Numbered from the whole stretch's first letter, positions 1 to 11,599 are shown. The stretch: 63,926 nt of DNA, filler included, from Octopus bimaculoides (GCF_001194135.2; 10 parts of 7 records of this genome joined end to end with filler, not necessarily neighbours in it); one strand, 5' to 3'. Numbers and translations are program-made. The notes: a model not told the origin generated them from the sequence alone.

Positions 1-92
1 ATATATATATTTATATATATGTATATGTATATGTGTGTGTGTGTGTGTGTATATATATATACATACATACATATCTACATACATATATTTAT
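1..92. repeat. Mixed (TA)n/(TG)n/(TACA)n microsatellite
   Basis: Directly visible. Confidence 0.9.
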
Positions 93-1399
93 ATAAACGT
101 AACAGCATCTCCATATGCATGAAGTTATACAGACATTCATGCTAAATATGTGCATGCTTGCCCACAGGTGCGTATGTGTCTACATATATAAGTAGCAGGC
201 GTCATTGGTCAGTTCATTTTTATGCTATTGAAATATTATACTATTATTTATTGTGTTACAATTCCATTTGTGCTATATCGTTACATTTTTGTCTGTTGGA
301 AGTGGACGTGTATTACAACTTTGCATAGAAATGATGTCCGGGCTCTAGAATTCTCACAAAAAGGAAGAAAAAATGTAAAAATATAAAATGTAAAGAAAAA
401 AAGTAAATTCTCGTCTTTGTAACTAAATGAAGTTTTCTTTGTTAGTCTACATATACAACATTTGTGAAGAGGTTTTATATATAACATAGAAAGAAATGCA
501 CAATCTATTTATCAGTCCAATCAAGCATTTTGAAAAGATATAGGAGCAATATGCACTCAAAGTGAAGAATCGAATTCACTCATGCAATAACAGAAAATAC
601 GAATGCGATAACGCAGAACACTACCATACACCGGACATTGATATCCTACCACTATCGCTGAAACACAAATAGATTGATAATACTACAAGAACAATGTCAA
701 CCCGATACAAAAATATCTATTGTCATACCACAATATGTCACAACACACCATATATAATCAGTGCACAATTTTCCTTTTAAAATACAAGCTTAATGACCCA
801 CGTATTGTAAATGCATACATACATGCATGGATGGGTGACTACAATGCATATATACACAAATGCATGCATATTTCCATGGAGAAATGCATATAAGTGAGGT
901 GTATAATGGCGTCAGTATGAAGATAAGCATGAATCTGTATTTGAGAGAAGGATGCAAAGCAAACAAATTTTAAATACCGGTACACAGAAATTGGTATTTA
1001 AACGAATAAGTCGTATCACAATTGGTGCAACGTAGACAACAACAAAAGCAACACATAAACACGTATTCGCATATACACACATATATATGTATATGAGTAC
1101 ATACATGCAAAGATATGCTTTTGAAGAATGCAATCCAATGTTCAGAAAACGCTTATCCTATCTTATCTTCCTTGCCCGCTTATTACTAGGAAAACTGTGG
1201 GGATAGTGTCCTCAAGCACGTCTTACATCAGGACCTGTTAGGAGCAACTATCTCGCCAAGGGAGACCAAACGAGCTCATGGCTGTTGTCCAGCCATCTTG
1301 CTCGTAGTCTACCCTTCTGTAAGTTAATCGGATAACATCTGTCGATTGGTTTTGCCATAAACTATCAAGCGATTCTTTCCAGACGCATTCTTATCAAGT

Positions 1400-3076
1400 G
1401 TCCATATTATGGGACCTGTACCTTCTCAATTCGGAGAAGTAACGGCTCTACTTGGAGTGCCATGCTGGTCTCTGAGCTACGCGCTTTATCGAGCAACGTT
1501 GTACCGTAGTTTCTTTGAAAAGAACTTCATCTTAGCCGCTGTTATTCGAGCATTGGTATGGAAGGCGTGATTGAAAGGAACAGCAATCCCGATCTCAATA
1601 CAAATAGAGAGTCCTTATTACATTTCTGTTCTAGTAATGTGATCTCTATTATGATCACCTATTTCCAGCGCAAAGACATTGTTCATAAATATACATAGTT
1701 GAAGGAGACTAGTGACAAAGATCTATTATTGATTTTGTTATTGTTAATGTTTTCCTCGAATCTATGGTGGGTGTTCATATTAAGAGAGGGTCAACTGATA
1801 ACCAACTATTTTTCTGCAAACTATGACCACCCAAAGTCAAGAAAACCAGCAGAACATGCATGTCCGGTTCGACCTACGGGTTAAAGTTGGAAACGTTGGC
1901 TGATAGATTGTTCAGGACCAGGTACGACGAAACACTTCCTTTTTAAGAGAGTGCCCTGCCCAAACTAAAGACATTGAAACGAAGTGGAGATTGTTCCGCT
2001 TGACAGCTTCTGTTTCAGTTGTTGAATGCCGCAGGCAAATGTGGATCGGTGTGGTGCCGGTTGGCGGATTTGACCTCTTGGATCTATCAAGAGATTAAAG
2101 TTGCCCTCCGGTCAAAGAAGGGTGTTTACAAAGTTTGATTTCGAAATAAGTTCACCTTCTTGCATTTGCAGTACAGGCAGGCACGAAAAGTGGCATCAGA
2201 GACGGTAAAGATATCTAAGTTTAATATAGTAGGGTATGGGTTTAAAAAGGAATCTTACTTTAGATCAGCAAACAAAGATTATTTGCCGACTTCATAATAA
2301 GTCCCCTTCCAACCCTGTCTGGGGTCCTTCTGTCTGAAGAGAGGTGAATCCTCATTTGTAGGGGAGAATACTTTGCTGATCTCTTGAAGTCGGTCATAAC
2401 AGCGTCCTTTGACGTACATGAAGTGCATCTACAAGCGATGACTAACGCATCGGAGGTCACAGACGCAAGTAAAGGGCTTAAATGGAGAGGGGGAAGTTTG
2501 ACCGGAGATGTTAAAGACCTTAAATAAAGAATATATTCCCTGTTTTTTTTTGTGTGTGTGCCAGGTGTTCTGCATCACTGGTAAGACACCTGAGCGGTGG
2601 CAGTCGGGACTGATGATTCCAATTGTCCAAAAGCCAAACAAGACAGCTCTAATTAGGCGGGGGGATTTCCTTCTCTTAGAACCCACCCACCGCCCCGGTA
2701 ATTTCTATGTTCGGTAACTGGCAAAAGATGGATAGATATTCTCGAGTTCAAGTTAGCTGACGAACAGTGCGGTTTTCGTCTCGGACGCAGCATAGCTGAC
2801 CAAATATTCATATTGCATCAGGTCCTCGAGAAATCGTGTGAATATTGGCCAAGGAGTGTATGTATGCCTGTTTCATAGACCTCAAAAAGATATAAGGCTG
2901 CGTTCCACTGGAATTGCTGTGAAAGGTTCTGCTGGAGTGTAGTATCGATGGACAGTTTCTTGTTGGCTTGAAGTACCCATATGAATGCCATACTATTTGT
3001 ATTTAGATAAATCGTTCTCTAAGTTGAAACCGTTCAATGGGGCGGTTGGATTCCGCCAAGGATGTGTAATATCCAG
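1400..3076 (+). mobile_element. Decayed RTE-clade LINE (APE endonuclease plus N-terminal half of RT), 3'-truncated
   Basis: Broken frames give WKGVIERNSNPDLN..LLHFCSSN (APE), MLKTLNKE..PERWQSGLMIPI, EQCGFRLGRSIADQIFILHQVLEK, CFIDLKK and GFRQGCVIS; homology stops before the YADD motif. Confidence 0.85.
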
Positions 3077-3419
3077 GAACGAACACATCAAATTATCCCA
3101 CTCACGTACATAAAAGCAATGCAATTATGTACAAAAGCAACAACTAAGTGGGGAAATTAAACACACTTGCACGCATATAGAATGTAAGTGCAAGCATAAT
3201 ACCAATAATAAGTATTATTCTCTGCGGTACAAACTTATAGAAAAGAAAAAGGAATGAATGCAAGGGCGTCAAAGGCGCTGCAGGCAATTTTCGTCTCCAA
3301 TATGGTCTCAGGCGACGGTCAAATAACCTCGATGAATTAGATATAATAGAGATAATTTAGTAAATTATGTAATTAATTATTAATAGAATTGAGGTTACAT
3401 ACAAGCAGTGTGTAATATG

Positions 3420-3680
3420 TGACACACACGCACACGCACACACATACACACACATATATGCAATATATGCATATATAATGTATACATATTTAGTGTATGT
3501 CTATATATGTGTATGTGTGTTTATATACATACATATAGATATATATGCGCTCGTGTGTGCTTGTGTGCGTATATATATATACGTACATACACACATAGAC
3601 ACTCATATACACACACACTCACACACGCACACACACTTACAGCACACATATTTATATACAAACATTCACATATTCAGATA
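3420..3680. repeat. Compound CA/TA/TG microsatellite
   Basis: Directly visible. Confidence 0.9.
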
Positions 3681-3706
3681 TTAATTTGAGGAGTGTGTGC
3701 TATCAT

Positions 3707-3912
3707 TTTAGTCTTTAGTCGTATGACTGCGGCCATGCTGGAGCCCCGTCTTGAAGGGTTTTAGTCGAAGAAATCGATCCCAGAACTTATTTTTTGTAAG
3801 CCTAGCACATATTGTATTGTTCCCTTTTGCCGAAACGCTAAGTTTCGGAGACCTAAGCACACCAACGTCGGCTGTCAATCGATGGCGGAGGGACAAACAC
3901 AGACACACACAA

Positions 3913-3973
<61 letters not shown>

Positions 3974-4135
3974 CGACAGGCTTCTTTCAGTTTCCGTCTG
4001 CTTAATCCACTCATAAGACTTTGGTCGGCCCATGATTACAGTAAAACACACGTGCACAAAGTGCTGCGCAGTAGGACTGAACTCGGAATGAGGTAGTTGG
4101 GGAGCAAACTTCTTACCCAACAGCCAATCTACGCC
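3707..4135 (-). mobile_element. tRNA-derived SINE, family A, with internal (TA)n tract
   Basis: Same head, central microsatellite and GGCGGTGCYCCAGCATGGCCRCAG-type tail as many other copies in the window. Confidence 0.85.
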
Positions 4136-4214
4136 TTAAAAGCCAAGCCTGCACCTTAAAAGCCACGCCTCAGCCTAGCCAAACCTGCTATTTGTATATA
4201 TTTCATGTGAGTAT

Positions 4215-5590
4215 CTAACAAGAGGTTCTAACTCTCTTGATTTTATAGAGATTATGCCTCAAATAGGTATCTGGGGAGACATGGCATATGGAGGAACTTA
4301 TTTTTTGCACAAATGTCAATATGCCCAATGAGTGGGATCTGCCTAGCTGTGTAGCACTCGTATCTGGAATTCGTTCACGACGAATGGTCTCTTTCTGAGA
4401 GTAAGTTTTATTTGGTCTATGTAATCCTCGTTACATCTTTTAAATTTAATAGTAAGTAACAAACTTTTGGATGAACATATCTATGGAATCCCAAGCTATA
4501 TTTGAATTAAAATTGTTCACATATCTGCACTTCCATGTCTACGATAATTAAATTGGAATACGTCGGGACAACATTTGTGGCCATCGCGCCCTATTTCGTG
4601 TAAACATTGCCATCTAAGTAAAAGAATTTGTTTTCAAAATGAATTTTCATACTTCGGTTACGAAACATTTTCAGTTTCGTCAGGGATCTCATGAAATAAA
4701 TTTCGAGCCAGAAACCTGCTGTCACTCGTCTCAGTTGGTGTGTGTTCGTGGTATAGAGGTTTAACTCCATCAAATGATGCAATAATGGTATCTTTGTAAT
4801 GGTTTTAAGGAGGTGGTTTAAAAGATTCAGGTTGTTGTTTATAAGAATCGGTATGTATTTTAAAGTAGATTTCGGTAGTATGTCTATAAAATTGCTGAAT
4901 TTTGTGTTTTACAATTTGGACTTGCTACAATTGGTCCAAATGTAAGGTCGGTGAGATATTGTATGCTTATATAATTTGAAGATCATTCTTTGCAGACATC
5001 TTGTGCATTTTGAGAATGGTGTAGACGTAGCTAGCTTTGCAGTCAAAATAGGTTAGGCAGTGAATTTTTGTTTGTTTAAAAGAACTGGCGGCGTTGAATG
5101 AGTGTGTTCCGTTTCCTCCTTGCCCTTGATTGTTGGTAATTGTTTACCTTTTCGTTAAAAATCGTAACTTTTAGTATTGTTAATATAATGCGTTTGTAGT
5201 GTTCAACCTCCATAATGGTTACAGCAGCTCCTTAGCTGATCCCTTAACTTATACTGTTAGTAAAGCTTTTGAAGTCGTGTATAATTTCCCATTCCTTTCG
5301 ATTCGCATTCGGTTTCATTTTAGGGCGTGGTAGTTGTTGTATGCAAAGGTTGATATGAAATCAGAAAAAATATCTGATGCTTTACATTTACTTGCTTCTG
5401 TTTCTTACAAATAATTCGTCCCCGTTTTCTTTATCGCATAATTCCACTGTTGGACTCAATTTCCTATAGAACTGTGAAATATCGTTCTATATTAGATTGC
5501 AGGTTTAGTATTGTGGTGTGGGTGTAACTTTTAGATCTTTTGAATGAATATTTTGTTGTTTTCTTAAGAGTTTTTATTGGATAGGTTATC
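4215..5590 (-). mobile_element. Decayed Penelope-like element, RT region
   Basis: Minus-strand remnants KGAAVTIMEVEHYK, GPIVASPNC, NFIDIL, IIASFD, FENKFFYLDG..GAMATNVVPTYSNL match the Penelope RT pattern. Confidence 0.75.
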
Positions 5591-5665
5591 ATTGGTTCCA
5601 TACGCACACACACACGTGTATACATATATATATACACGTATATATAAGTATATATATATATATAT

Positions 5666-5765
5666 NNNNNNNNNNNNNNNNNNNNNNNNNNNNNNNNNNN
5701 NNNNNNNNNTTAATTAATTAANNNNNNNNNNNNNNNNNNNNNNNNNNNNNNNNNNNNNNNNNNNN
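5666..5765. other. Artificial assembly join 44N-TTAATTAATTAA-44N
   Basis: Identical 100-bp block occurs nine times; palindromic 12-mer with stops in all six frames. Confidence 0.97.
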
Positions 5766-5797
5766 GAAAGCACGTTATAAAAATAAAACTACTGAAC

Positions 5798-5870
<73 letters not shown>
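5798..5870. repeat. (AAT)n microsatellite, 5' flank of a Dong-like insertion
   Basis: Directly visible. Confidence 0.95.
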
Positions 5871-6383
5871 GTAGACTTCAGACAAAAAAATGACAGATTT
5901 CAAACAAAAATCATGCCTCCTCATTGATATGACTGTCCCAATCGATATAAACGTATCTGTCAAGACCTACCAAAAACTGAACAAATATAAAGATCTTGAA
6001 ATAGAAATTAGCAAAATGTGGAACCTTAAGACTAAAACATTACCTATTGTCATAGGTGCCCTGGGAATGACAGCGAAACGGGCTGATTACTACCTAGCTC
6101 AGATACCAGGAAACCACAAAATAACTGAAGTTCAAAAGATAGTGCTCATGGGAACTGCCCATATCCTACGTAAAATACTCTCTATGTAATCTCAAATTTT
6201 AAAACAAACACATAATTTACTTATGGTTTCCTAAACATTGTCGAGAACAACACTATGTACAAATCCAAATATATGGTACCCTAGGCATAACACCTACATG
6301 AACTTCTAACTTGTTGTCTCTCGAGGTCTCTGGGTGAGACTTGGATCCAACTTGTACAAATGCAAAACAAAATTCAAACATAA
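5871..6383 (+). mobile_element. 5'-truncated R4/Dong-like LINE: C-terminal restriction-like endonuclease plus 3' UTR
   Basis: ORF 5890-6189 CLLIDMTVPIDINVSVKTYQKLNKYKDL..PIVIGALG..QKIVLMGTAHILRKIL; (AAT)n on both sides. Confidence 0.9.

Positions 6384-6442
<59 letters not shown>
6384..6442. repeat. (AAT)n tail/target microsatellite
   Basis: Directly visible. Confidence 0.95.
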
Positions 6443-6444
<2 letters not shown>

Positions 6445-6518
6445 CACAGGTGGAGTAAACAAGTAAATATGATGGTTATGGTGTGTAGGTGCAAATGACG
6501 TGTCTGTCAGAAGGTACA

Positions 6519-6743
6519 GGCGGCGAGCTGGCAGAAACGTTAGCGCTCCGGGCGAAATGCTTAGCGGTATTTCGTCTGCCGTTACGTTCTGAGTTCAAAT
6601 TCCGCTGAGGTCGACTTTGCCTTTCATCCTTTCGGAGTCGATAAATAAAGTGCCAGTTACGCATTGGGGTCGATGTAATCGACTTAATCCTTTTGTTTGT
6701 CCCCTCTGTGTTTAGTCCCTTCTGGGCAATAAAGAAATAAGAA
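6519..6743 (+). mobile_element. tRNA-derived SINE, family B, full length
   Basis: GGCGAGCTGGCAGAAACGTTAGC head, GAGTTCAAATTCC B-box, GAGGTCGACTTTGCCTTTCATCC core shared with at least six other copies. Confidence 0.85.
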
Positions 6744-9001
6744 AGTACAGAAAACGAATGCACAGTGAATGGAAGACAACGGAACTGTTCCAAATTACTG
6801 AACAGACTTTAAGAAGGCTAACTAATGGAAACTAAAGCAAGAGACGAATAAAGTCAATATTGTTCTGAGACACATTCGTACATAGAACATCACATAAACA
6901 ACAAATAATCATATCAAGGCTAATAGTAAGATTGTGGCAGAAAGGATGGGATTGAGAACTGCTGAGAATAGAAAAGCGACGGATAGAAGAGAAAATAAAG
7001 AAACGTGGTGGAAAAGGAGAATTTCTGAAGATATAAACTCCTTGAGCAGTGTAGTGTCAATACTTGTCAGGAAAAGAGATGGAGAACTTAAGAATGATTT
7101 GAAATTCGAAAAACTTAGGAAGAAGTATGGTGTAGATACAAAAGGCCTGAATGTTGTAATTGTAGAACTGAAGCAGCGCAGACATGCGAAAAAAAAATAA
7201 TAAAAGCAAAGCTAACTAGGTTTGAACAGCAGATTAAGCAATAGCAGCAAAGCAAATTGTTTAGAACCGACCAAAAGAGATTTTAACAAAAGATTAATGA
7301 CGATAAAAAACGTGAAAGCTTAGTCCCTGGAGCTGATGTAATACAGCTTTTTGGCGGGTAAGATATGGAATAAGCAAGAACAACATAATACTACAGCTGA
7401 GTGGCTCTGCAACCTGAAGCAAACAGCTTCCTATCCCCAGCAAGAGGTTATCCACTTCACAGAAGACAGTATTAGAAATATAAGTAAAATGATAAGCAAT
7501 TGGAAAGGAGCAGGACCTGATGGTGTAGAGCGATTTTCGATAAAAAAAAGTTCAGTAGTTGCCATGAATTGATCGCAGAACAATTTAATGCATTGGTCAA
7601 TGGTGAAGAAATCCCGGGCTGGTTGACAAAAGGACGAACGGTGTTGTGCCTGAAGGATACATCAAAGGGAAATGCTGCTGACAATTACAGACCAATTTCC
7701 TGCCTCCCATTAATGTGGAAGTTACTGTCAGGAGGAATTGCAGAAGAATTGTATAAATTTCTTGATGAGAACGATATATTATCGACGGAACAAAAAGGCT
7801 GTAGAAGGAGATGCAGAGGTACCAAAGATCAACTATTGACAGACAAAATGGTAATGCAAGATTGTAAACGAAGGAGAACAAATCTGGGAATGGCCTGAAT
7901 TGACTATCGCAATGTTTATGACATGATTCCACATTCGAAGGTCATCGAGTGCTTAGATCTGTTTGGAATTGTGAGGAATGTAACTTGCTTCCTGAAGAGA
8001 AGTATGGTAGGATGGAAAACTGAATTGACATCTTACGGAAAAAGCTTGGACACCCTGGGTATCAGAAGAGGGATTTTCCAGGTGACAGTCTATCTCCGTT
8101 GTTTTTCGTTCTTTGCATGATACCCATGACCTTGGTACTTAGGAAAATGAACCTGGGATATCAACTAAAAGAAAAATTCCAAACAATCAACCACCTCCTC
8201 TTCATGGATGATTTGAAACTGTTTGGCAAAGACGAGACACAAGTGAGTTCCTTGATGAACACGGTCCACTGTTTTAGCACTGATATTAGAATGGAATTTC
8301 GACTCAAGAAGTGCTGAGTAATCTACCAAAAATGAGGTAAGGTACTGTCCCTAACAGGGATAGAATTACAAAATAGAGACTTGAATAAGTAAATTGAAAC
8401 GGAAAGATACAAATGCCTTGATGTAACGAGATAATGAAAAGCAAAATGAAAGAGCAACTGAGGACGGAGTATTTCCGAAGAGTGAGGTTGATGCTGCGCT
8501 GAAAATTGATTGGATGGAATAAAATCCAAACAGTTAATATGTGGGTGGTAGCATCAGTTCGGTATGGAGCGGGAATTATAAAATGGCAGAAGAGAGAAAT
8601 GAAGAAAATGGATACGAAGACCAGAAAAATGTTGACAGTACACGGAGCCTTCCCATGTAAGAGTGACACTGATAGGCTGTCCTTATCCGGAAGAAAAGGT
8701 GGGAGAGGTTTGATCAGTTGCCAGGATTGTATCGAAGCAGAGGAAAACAACCTAGGGCGGTATATAAAAAATGCCGTGGAGCCACTGTTGAAACACGAAG
8801 AAAGCCGGTGCCATCAAGATTGAAAATTGTGTAAATGAAGAAAAATTTAAACAAGAAATGAAGAAAAAAAGAAGAAAAAAAAAAGAAAATGAGAAAAGGC
8901 ATGGAAGGAAAAAAATGTATGGTTAGTTTGCAAGAGATGTGAACGCTAAGAGCGATACAGAGGACCAGTGGCTATGGATGAGGAGGGAGTGACCTAAGGA
9001 T
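6744..9001 (+). mobile_element. Decayed R4/Dong-like LINE (RT region), truncated at both ends
   Basis: [76 protein letters not shown]; many stops and frameshifts. Confidence 0.92.
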
Positions 9002-9402
9002 AGACACACTCCGATACTGTATTTTTAGCTGATAATGCAATCACACCTCGTATTTAACTTCAAGATGGTGGCCCATGATGAAGTCAGGTCAGCTATGGCT
9101 TTGACTATACTCCCTGGAACTTTAGCAAGTCGAAGTGGAGGATTGGATAAACTAATTTACATATTAAACACGTTTCTGGAAGCTTGTATGTAAATATTAA
9201 TGACTTGTAGTGACACGGTATTTCGTTATGCAGCCATAATGTAATACAAAGTATATTGAACGTTTTTTTTAAATAAGTCAATGCCGTGTACTACAGTGCT
9301 AGCAGTGCTCTTAATATGCAAATCGGTACATCCAATAACGTTACACCTCTACACGTAGTGGCTATTTAAGCAATGAATTCGTGGATAATTTATTAGTTGG
9401 AT

Positions 9403-9446
9403 GGGTGCTGATGAAGGAGCCAAAACTCCCGAAATGTGTCATATAT
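9403..9446 (+). ncRNA. Candidate minimal hammerhead ribozyme (Penelope-type), probably decayed
   Basis: CTGATGA at 9408-9414, GGAG/CTCC stem II, CGAAA, then TGT-GTC; stem I pairing is poor. Confidence 0.45.
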
Positions 9447-10391
9447 GCTCATTATCCATTTTTTCACCTTCGATCTTATTGTTTGTTTCCATCTAGCGTC
9501 TCGAATATGAAACGTCGTAACAACATCAGTGCTGGCTATAATTTCTATGGAAAATCTGTTGAGATGTCATTGAAACGTAAGTAGTCATCTACTTTAGCCT
9601 ATAATGTAGTTTGCCTGGCAGGTAACATACTATCTGCTGGAATGTCGCTAACTGTGAAACCACGTTGTGTTCTGACATCGTTTAAGCTTTTGTTTATACT
9701 GTTTGGGAGAAGGTTAATTTTAGTGACGGCTTGTCGATAAAATTAGTGGGGGTCCTGCTTCAGAAAATTTTTAGCCGTTGTTTTAATATTGTGCAAAAGG
9801 AAACAAACGTATAAAAAGAAAATTTATACATAAACATGATCGGTACGCGTTTTAGCCACTGCCGGTAGTGTGTTTAATTTGTTTACTGAACACCGCCGCG
9901 AATTACCCCGTTTTTCAAAAATCCCTTCTAAATCATAAAATAAGGGGGGAAAATGTACCCTATTTTTCAAATCCTGGCAACAACACTGAAACTGGAACAG
10001 GATAATAATCTAATTCTATACTTTATTACATTCAAGAATATAAACACGTTTCTCAAGCACAACACACGCGGAGTCAAGAAACACTACCTTTCACCAGCAC
10101 ACGGGGGTTGGCACTGCGTGAACGATAGTGCTCTCTCTCCTTAGCGTGAAGCTTCTTCTCTCGAACATACAAGCAAGCGTACAACAGCCAACCACCGCGT
10201 CGCTGGAACTGTGAAGCGCACAGTTCTATACAAGGATTTTGGTATTTTTTCATAAACTAGGGGATGGCTACTGTCTTAATGATTATATAATGTACAAGTA
10301 TAAAGAAAGAATTAAAGAATAAAGGAATCATTATACTGAATGTTATCGATAATATCGAGTGGAAATAGGGGGTGCTGCAATTCCGCACTGC

Positions 10392-10963
10392 CTATACACG
10401 AGCCGCCACTGATTTCAGATATTTTTTCTTTTTTATTAAGTGAAATTCTCTAACTTTCTTCCCATATCCCACAAATGTTGCTTGTTGGCATGATTGTTTT
10501 GCTGTAAAACAATTTAGTCCTGGGTATAGATCGTTCCAGCATACTTCCAATCCATTCATACATCTAACAACGGGATTTTGTTTCCCTCTTTTATAACAGT
10601 TCGATAAATCAGTATTCAATTCATAACTCCAAGGGAAATGTGTTTTGTAGTCACGGTTTCTTCTACAACTGCAGCTAGAAAGAATTTGTTTACGCGTTGC
10701 GCTGTTGTTTTCGTTCTGTTCTTCAGATGTGCTGTTGAGGTTGTCGTGTCTAGCCATGTTGACTGTAGAAACTCTCTGCATGGTAAAGTCAAGTAAGTTT
10801 CAATCGAGAATCACTAAGATCTTGAATAAAAGGCTCACTCAGCTAAATCCCCTGAAGATTAACCAGTTATTCAACAGCTTGTGAGTTCAAAGCTAGAGAT
10901 AGTATTCCTCGTATTTCGATAAATAGTCTCTCTGGCCAAATATGCGGATTGTCGCTTCGGAGG

Positions 10964-10965
<2 letters not shown>
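10392..10965 (-). mobile_element. 5' end and N-terminal ORF fragment of a second R4-like LINE family
   Basis: ORF 10781-10392 PWSYELNTDLSNCYKRGK..LEVCWNDLYPGLNCFTAKQ resembles the N-terminus of R4-clade ORFs; abuts (TACA)n. Confidence 0.55.
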
Positions 10966-10996
<31 letters not shown>

Positions 10997-11040
10997 TGTA
11001 TGTATGTATGTATGTATGTATGTATGTATGTATGTATGTA
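10966..11040. repeat. (TATG)n microsatellite; continues at 11600-11654 after the mariner insertion
   Basis: Directly visible. Confidence 0.95.
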
Positions 11041-11599
11041 CGAGGGTGAGTCAAAAAGTAATGCCATTTTGTTTAGGACAGGTATAACTACCAACACAGG
11101 AACATGTAGCATACATGTAGCATAAATGAAGCTGGTCCTCTGTGGATCACATCCCTACTTCTCAACATAGTCACCGTTTCTCTCAATAGCAATGTTCCAC
11201 CTTCGAATGAGAACATGTATCCCTGCCCCGTAAAATTCTGTTGACTGTTCTTTGAGCCACTTCTTCACTACAGTTTTTACTTCTTCGTCACTGGACTACG
11301 GTCTCTTCGGCCCCATGAAAGAGGGTTTGAGAGGCAAACATTATTCCAGTGACGAGGAAGTGAAAACTGTAGTGAAGAAGTGGCTCAAAGAACAGTCAGC
11401 AGAATTTTACGGGGCAGGGATACATGTTCTCATTCGAAGGTGGAACATTGCTATTGAGAGAAACGGTGACTATGTTGAGAAGTAGGGATGTGATCCACAG
11501 AGGACCAGCTTCATTTATGCTACATGTATGCTACATGTTCCTGTGTTGGTAGTTATACCTGTCCTAAACAAAATGGCATTACTTTTTGACTCACCCTCG
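11041..11599. mobile_element. Palindromic non-autonomous mariner derivative with 255-bp inverted arms
   Basis: 11041-11295 is the reverse complement of 11345-11599; encodes mariner C-terminus DYGLFGPMKEGLRGKHYSSDEEVK..RWNIAIERNGDYVEK; TA target duplication. Confidence 0.92.

Noticed and set aside
1125-1330. GC-richer stretch 5' of the RTE, considered as an HDV-like ribozyme
   Set aside because: Could not build the nested double pseudoknot by eye
3255-3335. Minus-strand CCTGAGACCATATTGGAGACGAAA, vaguely hammerhead-like
   Set aside because: Lacks the CUGANGA core and a credible stem II
9700-9990. Possible DNA-transposon end (CAGTGTTGTTGCCAGG on the minus strand); similar unassigned repeat at 33620-34010
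   Set aside because: No matching second terminus or TSD found
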